64,000 bases of DNA, from contig CAWHAA010000004.1 in assembly GCA_963827275.1 (NCBI GenBank), positions 416,001 to 480,000 of the forward strand. Direction: 5' to 3'. Position numbers and translations under genes: made by a program. Under the pieces are notes generated by a model. It saw only the letters and a list, made by a program, of their open reading frames with translations. It searched no databases and was not told the DNA's origin. Origin of the DNA: an uncultured Spirochaetota bacterium (lineage in GTDB: Bacteria > Spirochaetota > UBA4802 > UBA5550). Positions 20,239 to 30,902 of this stretch are shown here, piece by piece. Each line of letters begins with the position of its first letter. The first letter of the stretch is position 1.

Positions 20239-20634
20239 CTACTTGCTTTTTACCGTCGCCTTCAGTGCGAGCTCCTTGTAGCTTTTGCTGAAGGTGAACT
20301 TCGGGACCTTCGTCGCTTTTTTCGCCGCTATCGTGATCTCTTCTCCGGTGAGAGGGTTCCTGCCGAGGCGTTCTTTCGTGGCGGGCTTCACCTTGATGAA
20401 CAGCTTTCCGAATTTACCGACCGGCACGCGCTCTCCCTTGATGACGCCTGCATTGATGACATCAAACGTGTCGTCGATGATCTCCTGCGCCTTGGAACGC
20501 GGGATATCGTGCTTCTCGGAGATGTATTTGACAATGGTCTGGGCTGTGTACCTTTCGGGATAGCCGATCTTCGCCTTGACGCTGCTCTTTGCAGCGGTTT
20601 TTTTACTGTTTTTAGTTTTTTCTTTAGCCATCAT
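20239..20634 (-). CDS. HU-family DNA-binding protein with Lys/Ala-rich N-terminal extension
   Basis: GKFGKL, RLGRNPLTGEEITIAAK, VPKF; AGAAGGAG RBS. Confidence 0.9.
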   Translation of the reverse strand: MMAKEKTKNSKKTAAKSSVKAKIGYPERYTAQTIVKYISEKHDIPRSKAQEIIDDTFDVINAGVIKGERVPVGKFGKLFIKVKPATKERLGRNPLTGEEITIAAKKATKVPKFTFSKSYKELALKATVKSK

Positions 20635-20896
20635 AGCTCCTTCTAAGTATGTTATTTTTTTTCAGCCAGGGAATTTTCGATCTCCTCCGCAACGAAAGAC
20701 CCCCGGTAAAGCATACGGCGTAATATGGCCGTCTCGCCAACAAGGGATTTCTGTAACACCCCCCCTTGTTCCTTTGCCGGGCCTGTGCGCTGTCGGAGAA
20801 GTTCCGCATGATTGAAGTGATAGATACTATCACCCAATACTAATTGAGTAACGTAGTTCCCGCTAAAACGTCAAGCATTTTATATATGCCGGCGCC

Positions 20897-21649
20897 CTAT
20901 TTGCGGAACCCGCCCAGGCGTTCCGCCGTGTCGTTGATTTCGAAATCGCTCGTGAATTCGAGCGAGAGGCTCTCGTCGAGCGTCATCGACTCGTTCTCGT
21001 TATAGAGGCGCTTGTATGCGGCGACCGATTCAGCGCTGTTGCCCATGATCTTGCCGGCCAGGTCCCGCAGCGCGTCCTCGAGCGCATCGGCGGGGACCGC
21101 CATGTTCACCAGCCCGATACGCGCGGCTTCCCGCCCGGTTATCGCCTCCGCCGTGAAGGAGAGCTCCTTCGCCTTGAGGAAGCCGACCCTGCGCGGCAGG
21201 CGCGCGCTCATTCCCCACGTCGGCCGGAGCCCCCACTTCGCGTGCGTGTCGCCGATCTTCGCCTGTTCCGACGCGATCACGAGGTCGCACGCAAGCGCGA
21301 TCTCGAGGGCGCCGGTGAAGCAGAAGCCGTTCAGCGCCGCGATCACGACCCTGGGGGCCTCCCGGATGGCGCGGATAAGGCCGCGCGCGGGCAGGTCCAG
21401 GATGTCGCCCACCTTGCCCCGCTCGAGCGCGCGGTCTCCCAGGGACTTCAGATCGACCCCTGCGCAGAAGGCCCTGCCCGCCCCGGTAAGCACGATGACG
21501 CCGACATCGGGGTCGTTCCCGGCCCCGGCCACCGCGCCCGTCAACTCGGCGAGCATCGTCGGGGTGATCGCGTTCATCGCCTCCGGGCGGTTCATGGTGA
21601 TCCTCGCGATCCCCGCGTTGTTTTCAGAGGTGATTGTTTCGTATGGCAT
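20897..21649 (-). CDS. Enoyl-CoA hydratase/isomerase family
   Basis: TMNRPEAMNA, AFCAGVDL, ALNGFCFTGALEIALACD, DTHAKWGL. Confidence 0.93.
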   Translation of the reverse strand: MPYETITSENNAGIARITMNRPEAMNAITPTMLAELTGAVAGAGNDPDVGVIVLTGAGRAFCAGVDLKSLGDRALERGKVGDILDLPARGLIRAIREAPRVVIAALNGFCFTGALEIALACDLVIASEQAKIGDTHAKWGLRPTWGMSARLPRRVGFLKAKELSFTAEAITGREAARIGLVNMAVPADALEDALRDLAGKIMGNSAESVAAYKRLYNENESMTLDESLSLEFTSDFEINDTAERLGGFRK

Positions 21650-21706
21650 GTTCGTCTCCTCGGGCGAAGGGCCGGCGCCGCCGGGCGGCGCGGGGCCATG
21701 GCGTTC

Positions 21707-22942
21707 TCAGAATTCAAGCAGGAGCAGGGTGATGTCGTCCTCGATCGGGTTCTTTGACGAAAAGGACTTCACGTCGTCATAAATGCGGTCCACGATGCCG
21801 CCATCGTTTTTTTCGATGAGTCCCCTGAAGGTGCTCTTCAGGCGCGCCTCCGAATACATTTCTCCCCGCGGGTTTTTCTGCTCGATGATCCCGTCGGTGA
21901 AAAAGAGTATGCGGTCGCCTTTTTCAAGGCGGTATTCGACCTGCCCGAAGCGCGGCTTCTTGATGAGGCCCAGCCCTGTCCCGGCGCAGTTGATTTCGAC
22001 GAAGTCCCCCGTACGTTTTTTCCAGAAGAGAGGGTGGGGGTGCCCTGCCTTTGCCAGCTTGATGCGTTTCTTCTGCATGTCCACCAGCGCATAGTAGCAG
22101 GTGGCGTAGAGCTGCGGTATGGCGCCCAGGAAATGGGTGTTGAGGAACTTCATGAGCCGGGTCGGCTTTTCGCCGAGCTCCTCCATGGAAAGCGAGTAGG
22201 CGCTTTTCAGCACCCCGGTGCCCAGCGCGGAGGTGATGCCGTGACCCATGATGTCGGCGATGATGATGGCGGCCCGGCCGCGCCTGAGCGCGGACACGTT
22301 GAGGAAGTCGCCGCCGATCTCGATGCAGGGCCGGTACAGGTAGGAATGCCTGACACCGGGGAGAATGGGGTCCTGCAAATCAAGGAGGTCGCGGTTGATG
22401 AAATAGCTCTGTATCTTTCTGGCCAGGGAGAGGTCGCGGCTCAGCTCTTCCAGCCGGGTGGATTTCTGGCGCAGGGTGTGCTGCGAGAACGCGAAGTTCG
22501 AGATGATGCTCCTGAAGCGGGAGAAGGTGACCTCGAGGCAGTTCTTGTAAAAGGCGCCGGATATGGCGCTGTTTCTCGCCAGCAGGGCGTCAAAGTCCTT
22601 CTTCGACAGGCGGAACAGCTCTGTCTCTTCCGCGGTGACGACGTTGGCCGACCGCGGCATGTTGTCGACCAGCGAAAATTCGCCGAAATAGGAGCCGGAG
22701 TAGAGGGTCTCGAGCAATATCTCCTCGTTTGCCTCGTCGGTCTTGGTCACCTTCACGGAGCCCCGAATGATGACACACATGGAATCGCCGTGCGATCCTT
22801 CCTTGATGATATACACGCCGGGCGGGAATGACTCCTGGCGGAGCAGGGGTATGATGTCAGCGTAATCGGCCGCTTCCAGTCCCTGGAAGATCGGGATATT
22901 GCCGAGGATGTTGATGATGTCCCTGTTCTTGTGTGCGGTCAT
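21707..22942 (-). CDS. Cyclic-nucleotide-binding + SpoIIE/PP2C phosphatase
   Basis: GSYFGEFSLVDNMPRSANV; IGGDF, ADIMGHG, FTDGI, DDITLL. Confidence 0.92.
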   Translation of the reverse strand: MTAHKNRDIINILGNIPIFQGLEAADYADIIPLLRQESFPPGVYIIKEGSHGDSMCVIIRGSVKVTKTDEANEEILLETLYSGSYFGEFSLVDNMPRSANVVTAEETELFRLSKKDFDALLARNSAISGAFYKNCLEVTFSRFRSIISNFAFSQHTLRQKSTRLEELSRDLSLARKIQSYFINRDLLDLQDPILPGVRHSYLYRPCIEIGGDFLNVSALRRGRAAIIIADIMGHGITSALGTGVLKSAYSLSMEELGEKPTRLMKFLNTHFLGAIPQLYATCYYALVDMQKKRIKLAKAGHPHPLFWKKRTGDFVEINCAGTGLGLIKKPRFGQVEYRLEKGDRILFFTDGIIEQKNPRGEMYSEARLKSTFRGLIEKNDGGIVDRIYDDVKSFSSKNPIEDDITLLLLEF

Positions 22943-22955
22943 GGCGGGGCCGGGC

Positions 22956-23801
22956 TTACCTGTTCAGGCTCGACAGCTCCTTTTTCATCGAATTGAAGCG
23001 GTCGAGGTACATATTATATATCTCCGGCGTGGTCAGGAATTTCTGCTTCCCGTTTACGTTGATGAGCCGGCGCTGCGACTTCTTTTTTTTCAATATGAGG
23101 TATGCCGCTTCGAGTATCCCGAGGGCCTGGCATACCAGGGTCGTGATCTCGACGTAGGTGTAATTCAGCTGGCCGAACTTCGCCAGCCCGCCGGTCTCAA
23201 GGGCCACCGCCTCGTCGGAATCGAGGCCGGTGCTCATTTTTTTTTCATAGTAATAATCGAGCAGGAAAAAATAACTCGGCTTCATCGCGTTCAGGATGTC
23301 CCATGCCGACTGGTAGAACCGCTCCAGTTTCCGCAGGGGGCTCTCCTCGGCTTCCGCGTCGACGATGAAGTCGTCCTTTATCAGGTTAACGTTGTCTATC
23401 TGGCTGATGAAGGTGCCGGCCCCGGGATAATACGCGTGCAGTGTGATGCGGTATTCATCGACCTGCGGGAATATGTCCTGATAGATTTTATTTCTCTTGA
23501 GAAAGTTCTTCCATACGCTGCCGAGCCATTTCATTACATCGTCGGAGAGCACCAGCTGGCCGCGCTGCTTGAGGTTGTACAGAATATTGGAAAGAAAGAA
23601 GAGGACATAATTGCTGCCGGAGGATTTCAGGTGGTCCTCGCACTTTTTGCGGTTCGCGGGATGATCCATGATCTCCTCGATGGCGTTCATCATCGTGTCG
23701 ATCATGTCGAGCGGGTACCGCTTGTAGGCGAGCGAGGCCATGACGGCATCGCCGATTTCCTCAAGGGTCTTGGGGATGTTGAGTTCAGCGGTATCGCGCA
23801 T
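22956..23801 (-). CDS. Hypothetical cytoplasmic helical protein
   Basis: 281-aa ORF with genome-typical codon use, 13 bp upstream of the phosphatase gene. Confidence 0.75.
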   Translation of the reverse strand: MRDTAELNIPKTLEEIGDAVMASLAYKRYPLDMIDTMMNAIEEIMDHPANRKKCEDHLKSSGSNYVLFFLSNILYNLKQRGQLVLSDDVMKWLGSVWKNFLKRNKIYQDIFPQVDEYRITLHAYYPGAGTFISQIDNVNLIKDDFIVDAEAEESPLRKLERFYQSAWDILNAMKPSYFFLLDYYYEKKMSTGLDSDEAVALETGGLAKFGQLNYTYVEITTLVCQALGILEAAYLILKKKKSQRRLINVNGKQKFLTTPEIYNMYLDRFNSMKKELSSLNR

Positions 23802-24034
23802 CCGCTCTGTTCCTGCGTTACGTTTTTTATGAATACATTACTATGTTGTGAGCCGGATTTGAAGGTCTACCAGAAAATTTTATCTGTCAAGTATAATTCC
23901 GCGGCAATGGCCGCGCGCAGGAATACGCGGCCCGCTCAGGCTGATTTTTTTTCCGCGTACCGCGCCTGAAAATAATCATTGACGACATGGGAGAGGACTA
24001 TAGTGTTGAGGCATATCGGCGAATAGGTCGGCAC

Positions 24035-26110
24035 ATGGATTGTCTTCTCGTAAGAAACAAGAGTATCGTCCTTATATCGGAACTGGCGCGGGAATATGTC
24101 TCTGTCCCGGCGCACAATGAATGCACTGTCATCCAGGCCCGCGATATACGATCGGAAGTGCGCGCCCTGCTCGGAGCGCGGGGCGAAGACCATATCCTGG
24201 CGGTGCTGTTTGTCCGCGTCGGCGAATACCATGATTGCGATGCGATACTCGGCGCATGCTCCTTCGGCGAAATATCGTACCAGTTTGTCGTTTTCGGCAG
24301 CGAGCAGGAGGCCCTCCGGCTCGATTTTAATACGCTACGGGAAATATCGGAGTTCCGCCTGGCCCCCCTCTCCGGGCCCGAATTCACCATCGCGGTGCGG
24401 AAGTCCCTGCTGGCCATAAACGAGCTCTACATAAGCCGCTCTCTGCAGGAGTCCTACCTGGCGAAGCTGATAGATATGAAGAAGGACCAGGAAGACCTGG
24501 TCAACATCGGGCGGGCCCTCTCCATAGAAAAGAACCAGGAAAAGCTGCTCCGGCTGATCCTGTTCCTGAGCAAGCGCATCACGGGCGCGGACGCCGGGAG
24601 TATTTTCCTCGTCGAGGAGGGCCCCGAAGGAAAAAAGCACCTGCGGTTCAAATACTCGCATACCTATTCGCGCGACATCCCCCTCGAGGAGCGGGTCATT
24701 CCCATGGACAAGAAGTCGATCTCCGGGTATGTCGCCGTTACCGGCCAGGTGCTGAACATTCCCGACGCGAGCAGGCTCCCGGCGGGTGCGCCCTATTCCT
24801 TCAACACCTCGTTCGATGAAAAATACAGCTACCGGTCAAAGTCGATGCTGGTGGTCCCGATGAAAAACCACGTGGATGAAATCATCGGCGTGATCCAGCT
24901 TTTGAACTGCAAGGAGAGCCTGGACGTGGTCACCAACGGCGGGTACGAGGCCTTCAGCATCAAGCTCGAATCACCGGAGGACTTCGACCGCTACGTGGTG
25001 ACCTTTGATAAGAAATACGACAGCCTCATGGAGGCCGTGGCGGGCCAGGCCGCCATCGCCATAGAGAACAACCGTATGATTATGCAGATCCAGAACCAGT
25101 TCGAGGAGTTTGTCAAGGCGTCGGTGTCCGCCATCGAATCGCGCGACCCCGCCACCTCCGGCCACTCCTTCCGCGTGGCGGAGATATGCGTCGCGATGGC
25201 CCGGGCGGTGAACGATACGGATGAGGGCTACCTTAAGAATTTCAATTTCACGGAGACCCAGATCAAGGAGCTGGAGCTGGCCGCGCTCCTGCACGATTAC
25301 GGCAAGGTCTACATCGACCTGTCGGTATTCAAGAAATCCAAGAAGCTCTACCCGAAGGACTTCGACAGCCTGTGCCTCCGGCTGAATTACCTCTACCGGT
25401 TTCTGGAGATCCAGTACTCCGGCCGCGAAGCGGAGCTGCTGAAATCGGCGGGGAATAACGGGAACGCCGACACGGCGTACGACTCCCTGGTCAGGGAGAA
25501 GAGGGACCACCTCCGGAGGATCGTCGCCATCAAGGAAAAGCTGTGCGAGATGAACGAGCCGGCGCTGATGTATGAAAATCTTGAGGAGACCCTGGGGCGG
25601 ATAATATCCGAGATAGAGGAGGTCGAGTGCATCACCATGGACGGAGACCGCCTGCCGATCATTTCTCAGGCCGATAAAATAAATCTTTCGATCAGAAGGG
25701 GCAGCCTCAACCCGATGGAGAGGAAAGAGATCGAGAGCCACGTGACGCACACCTACTGCTTTGTGAGCAAGATCCCCTGGCCGCCCGAGTACCGGAACAT
25801 CCCGGAGATCGCGCTGCGGCACCATGAGAAGATGGACGGCACCGGGTACCCTGACGGCCTCAGGGGGCGGGAGAGCACCCTGCTGCAGTCGCGCATCATG
25901 GCAATCGCGGACATCTTTGACGCCCTGACGGCCGGCGACCGTCCCTACAAACAGGCGGTGCCTCTCGAGCGGGTGCTCGGCATCCTGGAGGATGAGGCCG
26001 CGCAGGGGGTGCTTGACCGCGACCTGGTGCGGCTTTTCATTGGCAGGAAAATATACGAGATGGCCGGTACGCACATGTATGGAAACGGGTTGAAAGAAAA
26101 TGCCGGTTAA
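24035..26110 (+). CDS. GAF + HD-GYP c-di-GMP phosphodiesterase
   Basis: ADAGSIFL, SMLVVPM, TSGHSFRVA, LHDYGK, HHEKMDGTGYP, IADIFDALT; start may be 23987. Confidence 0.92.
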   Translation: MDCLLVRNKSIVLISELAREYVSVPAHNECTVIQARDIRSEVRALLGARGEDHILAVLFVRVGEYHDCDAILGACSFGEISYQFVVFGSEQEALRLDFNTLREISEFRLAPLSGPEFTIAVRKSLLAINELYISRSLQESYLAKLIDMKKDQEDLVNIGRALSIEKNQEKLLRLILFLSKRITGADAGSIFLVEEGPEGKKHLRFKYSHTYSRDIPLEERVIPMDKKSISGYVAVTGQVLNIPDASRLPAGAPYSFNTSFDEKYSYRSKSMLVVPMKNHVDEIIGVIQLLNCKESLDVVTNGGYEAFSIKLESPEDFDRYVVTFDKKYDSLMEAVAGQAAIAIENNRMIMQIQNQFEEFVKASVSAIESRDPATSGHSFRVAEICVAMARAVNDTDEGYLKNFNFTETQIKELELAALLHDYGKVYIDLSVFKKSKKLYPKDFDSLCLRLNYLYRFLEIQYSGREAELLKSAGNNGNADTAYDSLVREKRDHLRRIVAIKEKLCEMNEPALMYENLEETLGRIISEIEEVECITMDGDRLPIISQADKINLSIRRGSLNPMERKEIESHVTHTYCFVSKIPWPPEYRNIPEIALRHHEKMDGTGYPDGLRGRESTLLQSRIMAIADIFDALTAGDRPYKQAVPLERVLGILEDEAAQGVLDRDLVRLFIGRKIYEMAGTHMYGNGLKENAG

Positions 26111-26588
26111 CGGGAAACGCATCACCGCCCGGTTGCTGAAGGAGATGACCGTGCTCTTTGTCTCGGCGTGCGCCTTCGGCGCGGCCGTCAACCTCCTGCA
26201 CCCGCGCGGGTTTGTGCTGGTGAGCAGGCCGGAGATCGACGAGCGGTCGATAGTGGCGATATCGGTTGACGAGGCGCGGGTAAAGCGCGACGCAGGCGCG
26301 CTTTTCGTTGACGCGCGGGAGCGGGCCGAATACGAGTATGCCCGCATACCCGGGGCGGTCTCCGTCCCGCTGCTCGATCTGCTTGAGCCGAAGGGCGCGG
26401 GTCCCGACCTCTCCTTTCTTGACCGGCGGGACGAGGTGGTCATTTACTGTGAAAGCGCCGCCTGCGGCGCGTCCCGCACCCTGGCAAAGCTGTTCAGGGA
26501 GCGGGGATACGGCAGGGTGCTCTATATCATGGAAAAGGGCTTCACGGAGTGGCGATCGCAGGGATGCCCCGTGGAGCGGGGTGAATAG
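26100..26588 (+). CDS. Membrane-anchored rhodanese-like protein
   Basis: FVDARERAEYEYARIPGA, VVIYCESAAC, GFTEW. Confidence 0.88.
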   Translation: MPVNGKRITARLLKEMTVLFVSACAFGAAVNLLHPRGFVLVSRPEIDERSIVAISVDEARVKRDAGALFVDARERAEYEYARIPGAVSVPLLDLLEPKGAGPDLSFLDRRDEVVIYCESAACGASRTLAKLFRERGYGRVLYIMEKGFTEWRSQGCPVERGE

Positions 26589-27122
26589 ATGAATGGTGAA
26601 AGCGGGATACGGCGGGCGATCGGCGGGGTGCTGTACGGGAATTGGCTCACGACCGCGGTGCGGTTGCCGCTCGGCGGGCTGATGCTTTTTTCCGGGGCGG
26701 TAAAGATGGCTGACCCGTCGCTCTTCGCGGCGGCGGTCGTTCAGTATGACATCCTCCCCGCGCTCCTCGCTCCCTATGCCGCGTTGGTGATCCCGGCCCT
26801 TGAATGCATCATCGGCCTCTCGCTCCTCGCAGGGTTCAGGGTGAGGGCATCCTCCGCCATCGCCGTCCTGCTCATGGCCGTTTTCATGATCGCCGTATCG
26901 GTCAACCTGGCGCGCGGGCGCCTGATCGATTGCGGCTGTTTCCAGCCGGCCTTAACCGGCCTGGGTTCTGCCGGGACCCTGGGGCCCTGGCTCCTTGTCC
27001 GCAATGCGGCGTTACTCGCCGGGTTTGCGCTGCTGTTCCGCGCCGACCGGCACCTCCTGTCGCTCGAACATTCGATCGAGAAGTCAAAACTAAAAAACCT
27101 GGAAAAATCGAAGTACGAGTAG
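26589..27122 (+). CDS. DoxX/MauE family membrane protein
   Basis: FSGAVK, LECIIG, IDCGCF, LVRN. Confidence 0.88.
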   Translation: MNGESGIRRAIGGVLYGNWLTTAVRLPLGGLMLFSGAVKMADPSLFAAAVVQYDILPALLAPYAALVIPALECIIGLSLLAGFRVRASSAIAVLLMAVFMIAVSVNLARGRLIDCGCFQPALTGLGSAGTLGPWLLVRNAALLAGFALLFRADRHLLSLEHSIEKSKLKNLEKSKYE

Positions 27123-27269
27123 CGCCGGGACGGCTCCGGACCCCCTTGTATCCGCATATTCATCTTTCAATCTGGATCGGACAAAATTGAGGTTTGACAA
27201 ATTTTAACCGATTTTTAATAGTTGCCCCTGTTTAATGAAAGTATAGATAATGTAAAAAAAGGATCAATC

Positions 27270-28484
27270 ATGAGCGGACAGATAATACAGTATGAACATG
27301 GCAAAATCACCGTGCCGGACAACCCGGTGATACTCTTCATGGAGGGCGATGGTACCGGCCCGGACATCTGGCGCGCGACAAAGATAGCGCTCGATGCCGC
27401 GGTTGAGAAAAGCTACGCCGGCAGGAGGAAGATCGACTGGAGGGAGGTCATGGCCGGCGAAAAATCGTTCAAGGAGACCGGCAGCTGGCTCCCGGACGCG
27501 ACCCTTGACGCGATCCGCACATTCAAGGTGGCGATCAAGGGGCCTCTTACCACGCCGGTGGGCGGCGGGATCCGGAGCATCAACGTGACCCTGCGGCAGA
27601 AGCTGAAGCTGTATGCCTGCGTCAGGCCCGTCCGCTACCTGCAGGGCGTGCCGAGCCCGGTCAAGCAGCCGGAGAAGGTGAACATGGTGATCTACCGGGA
27701 GAACATGGAGGACGTGTACGCCGGCATCGAGTGGAAGCAGGGGAGCCCGGAAGCGGGCAGGGTGATCGGCTTCCTGACGAAGGAGATGGGCGCCGACATC
27801 CCCGCAGACGCCGGCATCGGCATCAAGCCGATCAGCATGCAGAACTCGAAAAACCTGGTGCGGCGGGCGATCGAGTACGCCATCGACAATCACCGCGCCT
27901 CGGTGACCCTGGTGCACAAGGGCAATATCATGAAGTTCACTGAAGGGGCGTTCCGCGACTGGGGATACGAGGTCGCGCGGGAAGAATTCGGCGGGCGCAC
28001 GATCACCGAGGACGAGCTGTGGAAGTCCCATGACGGGAAGGCGCCAGCGGGAACGATCGTGGTCAAGGACCGGATCGCGGACGCCATGTTCCAGCAGATC
28101 ATCCTGCGCCCCGACGAGTATGATGTTATCGCCACGCCCAACCTGAACGGCGACTACCTCTCCGACGCGCTTGCGGCGCAGGTGGGAGGTCTCGGCATGG
28201 CGCCGGGGGCGAACATCGGCGACAGCGAGGCGGTATTCGAGGCGACCCACGGCACCGCGCCGAAATACGCGGGCCAGGACAAGGTAAACCCCGGCTCGCT
28301 GATCCTTTCCGGCGAGATGATGCTCCGTTTCCTGGGATGGAAGGAGGCCGCCGACCTGCTGATACGGGGCCTGGAGAAGACGATACAGCAGAAGAAGGTC
28401 ACCTACGACCTGGAGCGCCAGATGCAGGGCGCGACCCTGCTGAAATGCTCTGAATTCGGCAGGGCAGTTTCTGAAAATATGTAA
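27270..28484 (+). CDS. icd: NADP-dependent isocitrate dehydrogenase
   Basis: [59 protein letters not shown]. Confidence 0.99.
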   Translation: MSGQIIQYEHGKITVPDNPVILFMEGDGTGPDIWRATKIALDAAVEKSYAGRRKIDWREVMAGEKSFKETGSWLPDATLDAIRTFKVAIKGPLTTPVGGGIRSINVTLRQKLKLYACVRPVRYLQGVPSPVKQPEKVNMVIYRENMEDVYAGIEWKQGSPEAGRVIGFLTKEMGADIPADAGIGIKPISMQNSKNLVRRAIEYAIDNHRASVTLVHKGNIMKFTEGAFRDWGYEVAREEFGGRTITEDELWKSHDGKAPAGTIVVKDRIADAMFQQIILRPDEYDVIATPNLNGDYLSDALAAQVGGLGMAPGANIGDSEAVFEATHGTAPKYAGQDKVNPGSLILSGEMMLRFLGWKEAADLLIRGLEKTIQQKKVTYDLERQMQGATLLKCSEFGRAVSENM

Positions 28485-28561
28485 AAAAAATGAGAACCGG
28501 GCGGCCACTGCCGCGGTCTCTCTATGATGTATTTTATTATGGAAGGAGCTTGTCAATTGTC

Positions 28562-29239
28562 ATGAAAACCGGTGGAAAAACCGTTATCTTTATCCTGTCA
28601 TTATTTCTCGCCCAGGCGTTCTCGTTCCGCGCCGCTGCTGACAACAGCTGGAAGCTGCAGAAGAACAAGGACGGTATTCGCGCCTATCTCAGGGACGTTC
28701 CGGATCAGAATCTGAAGGAATTCCTCGGCGTGATGCTTGTCAGGGGGATCCGCCTGTCAAGCATGGTCGCCACCTTCGATGATACCGCTTCGTACACGAG
28801 GTGGATGCATAATTGCACGGAGTCGAAGCTGCTCAGGTATATCAACATACAGGAGCGGATCACCTACACGGTCACCGATGCACCCTGGCCGGCGACCGAC
28901 AGGGACGTCGTCGTCTATTCCCTCATGAGCCAGGACCCGGAGGACAAGTCGGTCACCATCGCCATCACGGGCAAGCCCGATTACCTGCCCGCCCAGCCGC
29001 GCAGGCTCAGGATCCCCATGATGAAAGCGACCTGGACCTTCAGGCCGTTGAAGTCGGGGGACGTCATGATTGCCTACCAGACGGTCACCGATCCGGGCGG
29101 CCCCCTGCCGCGGGAACTCCTGAACCTCTCCGTGGTCGATCTTCCGTATTTCACGATGCACAAGTTCAGGAATGTAATTAAGGAAGATCGATACGCGGCG
29201 GCCGCCTACCCGGTCATCAACGAGCCGGCGATACACTGA
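28562..29239 (+). CDS. Secreted START-domain (lipid-binding) protein
   Basis: Signal peptide; WKLQKNKDGI, APWPATDRD, DPGGPLP. Confidence 0.85.
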   Translation: MKTGGKTVIFILSLFLAQAFSFRAAADNSWKLQKNKDGIRAYLRDVPDQNLKEFLGVMLVRGIRLSSMVATFDDTASYTRWMHNCTESKLLRYINIQERITYTVTDAPWPATDRDVVVYSLMSQDPEDKSVTIAITGKPDYLPAQPRRLRIPMMKATWTFRPLKSGDVMIAYQTVTDPGGPLPRELLNLSVVDLPYFTMHKFRNVIKEDRYAAAAYPVINEPAIH

Positions 29240-29321
29240 CCCCATGACGGCATAATCATTTATCAACCTGGGCCGCCGCCCTGCGGGCCGTGCGCGCGGG
29301 AGCGCGTGCGCAATCAACGGT

Positions 29322-29732
29322 TCAATGGAACCCGCTTCGTGCGCTATCGCCCGTGAGGAGCAGGAGCAGGGGCACTTCGCAGGCAAGGATGGCCGTCCTT
29401 GTCAGAAGCAGCGGCAGGGAGGCCGGATCGATCGGCGCGGCCTGCGCCAGCGCATAGAACAGGAACCCGGCGGCGAACGCCGCGTGCAGGTCGATGACGG
29501 CAAGCTGGAGTTTCCGGTGCAGATCGCTTCCCAGGTAGAGCCGGATGATATGATAGGTCAGGAGCAGGGTCAGCGCAGATCCGGCCATGATGGATACCGC
29601 CTTGCCATACAGGAAAAGGAGACCGAACATGAGGGCTATGATCTCCAGGTAGTAGAGCGTGGCCATGTAGGCGGAAACTTTTCCGGCCCTGTTTTTAAAG
29701 AATAATACCGCTTCATGCGTAAATGCTTTCAT
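29322..29732 (-). CDS. Hypothetical membrane protein
   Basis: Four hydrophobic segments; GGAG RBS. Confidence 0.6.
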   Translation of the reverse strand: MKAFTHEAVLFFKNRAGKVSAYMATLYYLEIIALMFGLLFLYGKAVSIMAGSALTLLLTYHIIRLYLGSDLHRKLQLAVIDLHAAFAAGFLFYALAQAAPIDPASLPLLLTRTAILACEVPLLLLLTGDSARSGFH

Positions 29733-29940
29733 CCCGCTCCCGCTCCGGTGATCACAGATCATCCCGCTTTTCTGTTGTTGCTGTCAACCAGATTATCCTG
29801 CCTGCTGTCGCCCGTCTGCCCTGCCAGGGCATAAAACGCCGCCTACCCGTTAAATTGTTGTGGACAGGGGCAATCAGGTGTGCTATATATATCAATGATC
29901 AGGTTTTTTGCGATACTACATCTACCAGAAGATACCTTTT

Positions 29941-30877
29941 ATGAAATATTTATTGATGACATGTTTCATTTTCTGCGCCGGTTTTGCGGCGGCCGCCGCT
30001 GAAGCGGATTGCACGCGGTATGTGGACCAGACCTATCGCTACAGCGTCTGCGTGCCGGAGAAATGGAGTAGATCCTACAGGGAGGGGGACGTCGCCAATG
30101 TCCTCCGGCTGTCTCGGCGTGACGGCGCGAAAATCACCGTCTCCGCTTCCCGCTATGAGGGCGACAACAGGACCAGGTGGGAAAATCCCAGGCGGTGGCA
30201 TGCGCGTACAATCGGGACCGGCTACCTGAAGGTCATTGATTCAAAGGAGATAGCGGTCGGCGGCAACGTCTCCATCCGGATACATGTGGTTGACTATCGC
30301 ACGCGCGCGGGGAAGATCCTCCAGCGCACCATGCTCATGAAGTACGGGGACGCCCTGCTGTCCGTCGAGTGCCGTGCGCCGCTGAAGGTCTTTGCCAGGC
30401 ATACGGAAAGGTTTAACGCATTTATGTCGGGCGTGGACGTGTCCGGGGATCTCCAGGGTGAACCGATGGAGCTCCTGAAATCACCGGACAGGAAGCCTGC
30501 CCCGGCGGCGCGGAAACAGAGGGGAAGCCGGAACGAAGCCGGAACCGAAGCCGGAACCGGAAGTGATCATACAACCGGAGCCGGAAGTGATCAAACAACC
30601 GGAACTGAAACCGGAGCCCGTACCGGCGCCGGTAGAGGAAATGAAGCCCCTGGTTGAAGAGGACCCGAACGGAGAAAACAGGCCTGACGCACAGATCAAC
30701 AGGATTGATGATAACAAAACAGACACCAAAATGAAACCGGAATCCGGGGCTGAAACCATGAAGGCTCCGGAGCCCGAAGCCGTGACTGATCCGGCGACCA
30801 AATTGTACATGGACGATGAGCGCAACAAGATACAGAAACTTGAACAGGATGGTATTATCGAGAAGATAAACGAATAG
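29941..30877 (+). CDS. Secreted protein (PsbP-like N-terminus, Pro/Glu-rich tail), frameshifted near 30510-30535
   Basis: Signal peptide, YVDQTYRYSVCVPEKW; frame switches to KPEPKPEPEVIIQPEPEV repeats ending at TAG 30877. Confidence 0.65.
30524..30604 (+). repeat. Coding tandem repeats (12-bp GAAGCCGGAACC x3, then 24-bp x2)
   Basis: First 12-bp unit is one base short; 24-bp units at 30557-30580 and 30581-30604. Confidence 0.8.
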
Positions 30878-30902
30878 CTGGCGTCGCCGCCATGCCGGGC
30901 CC

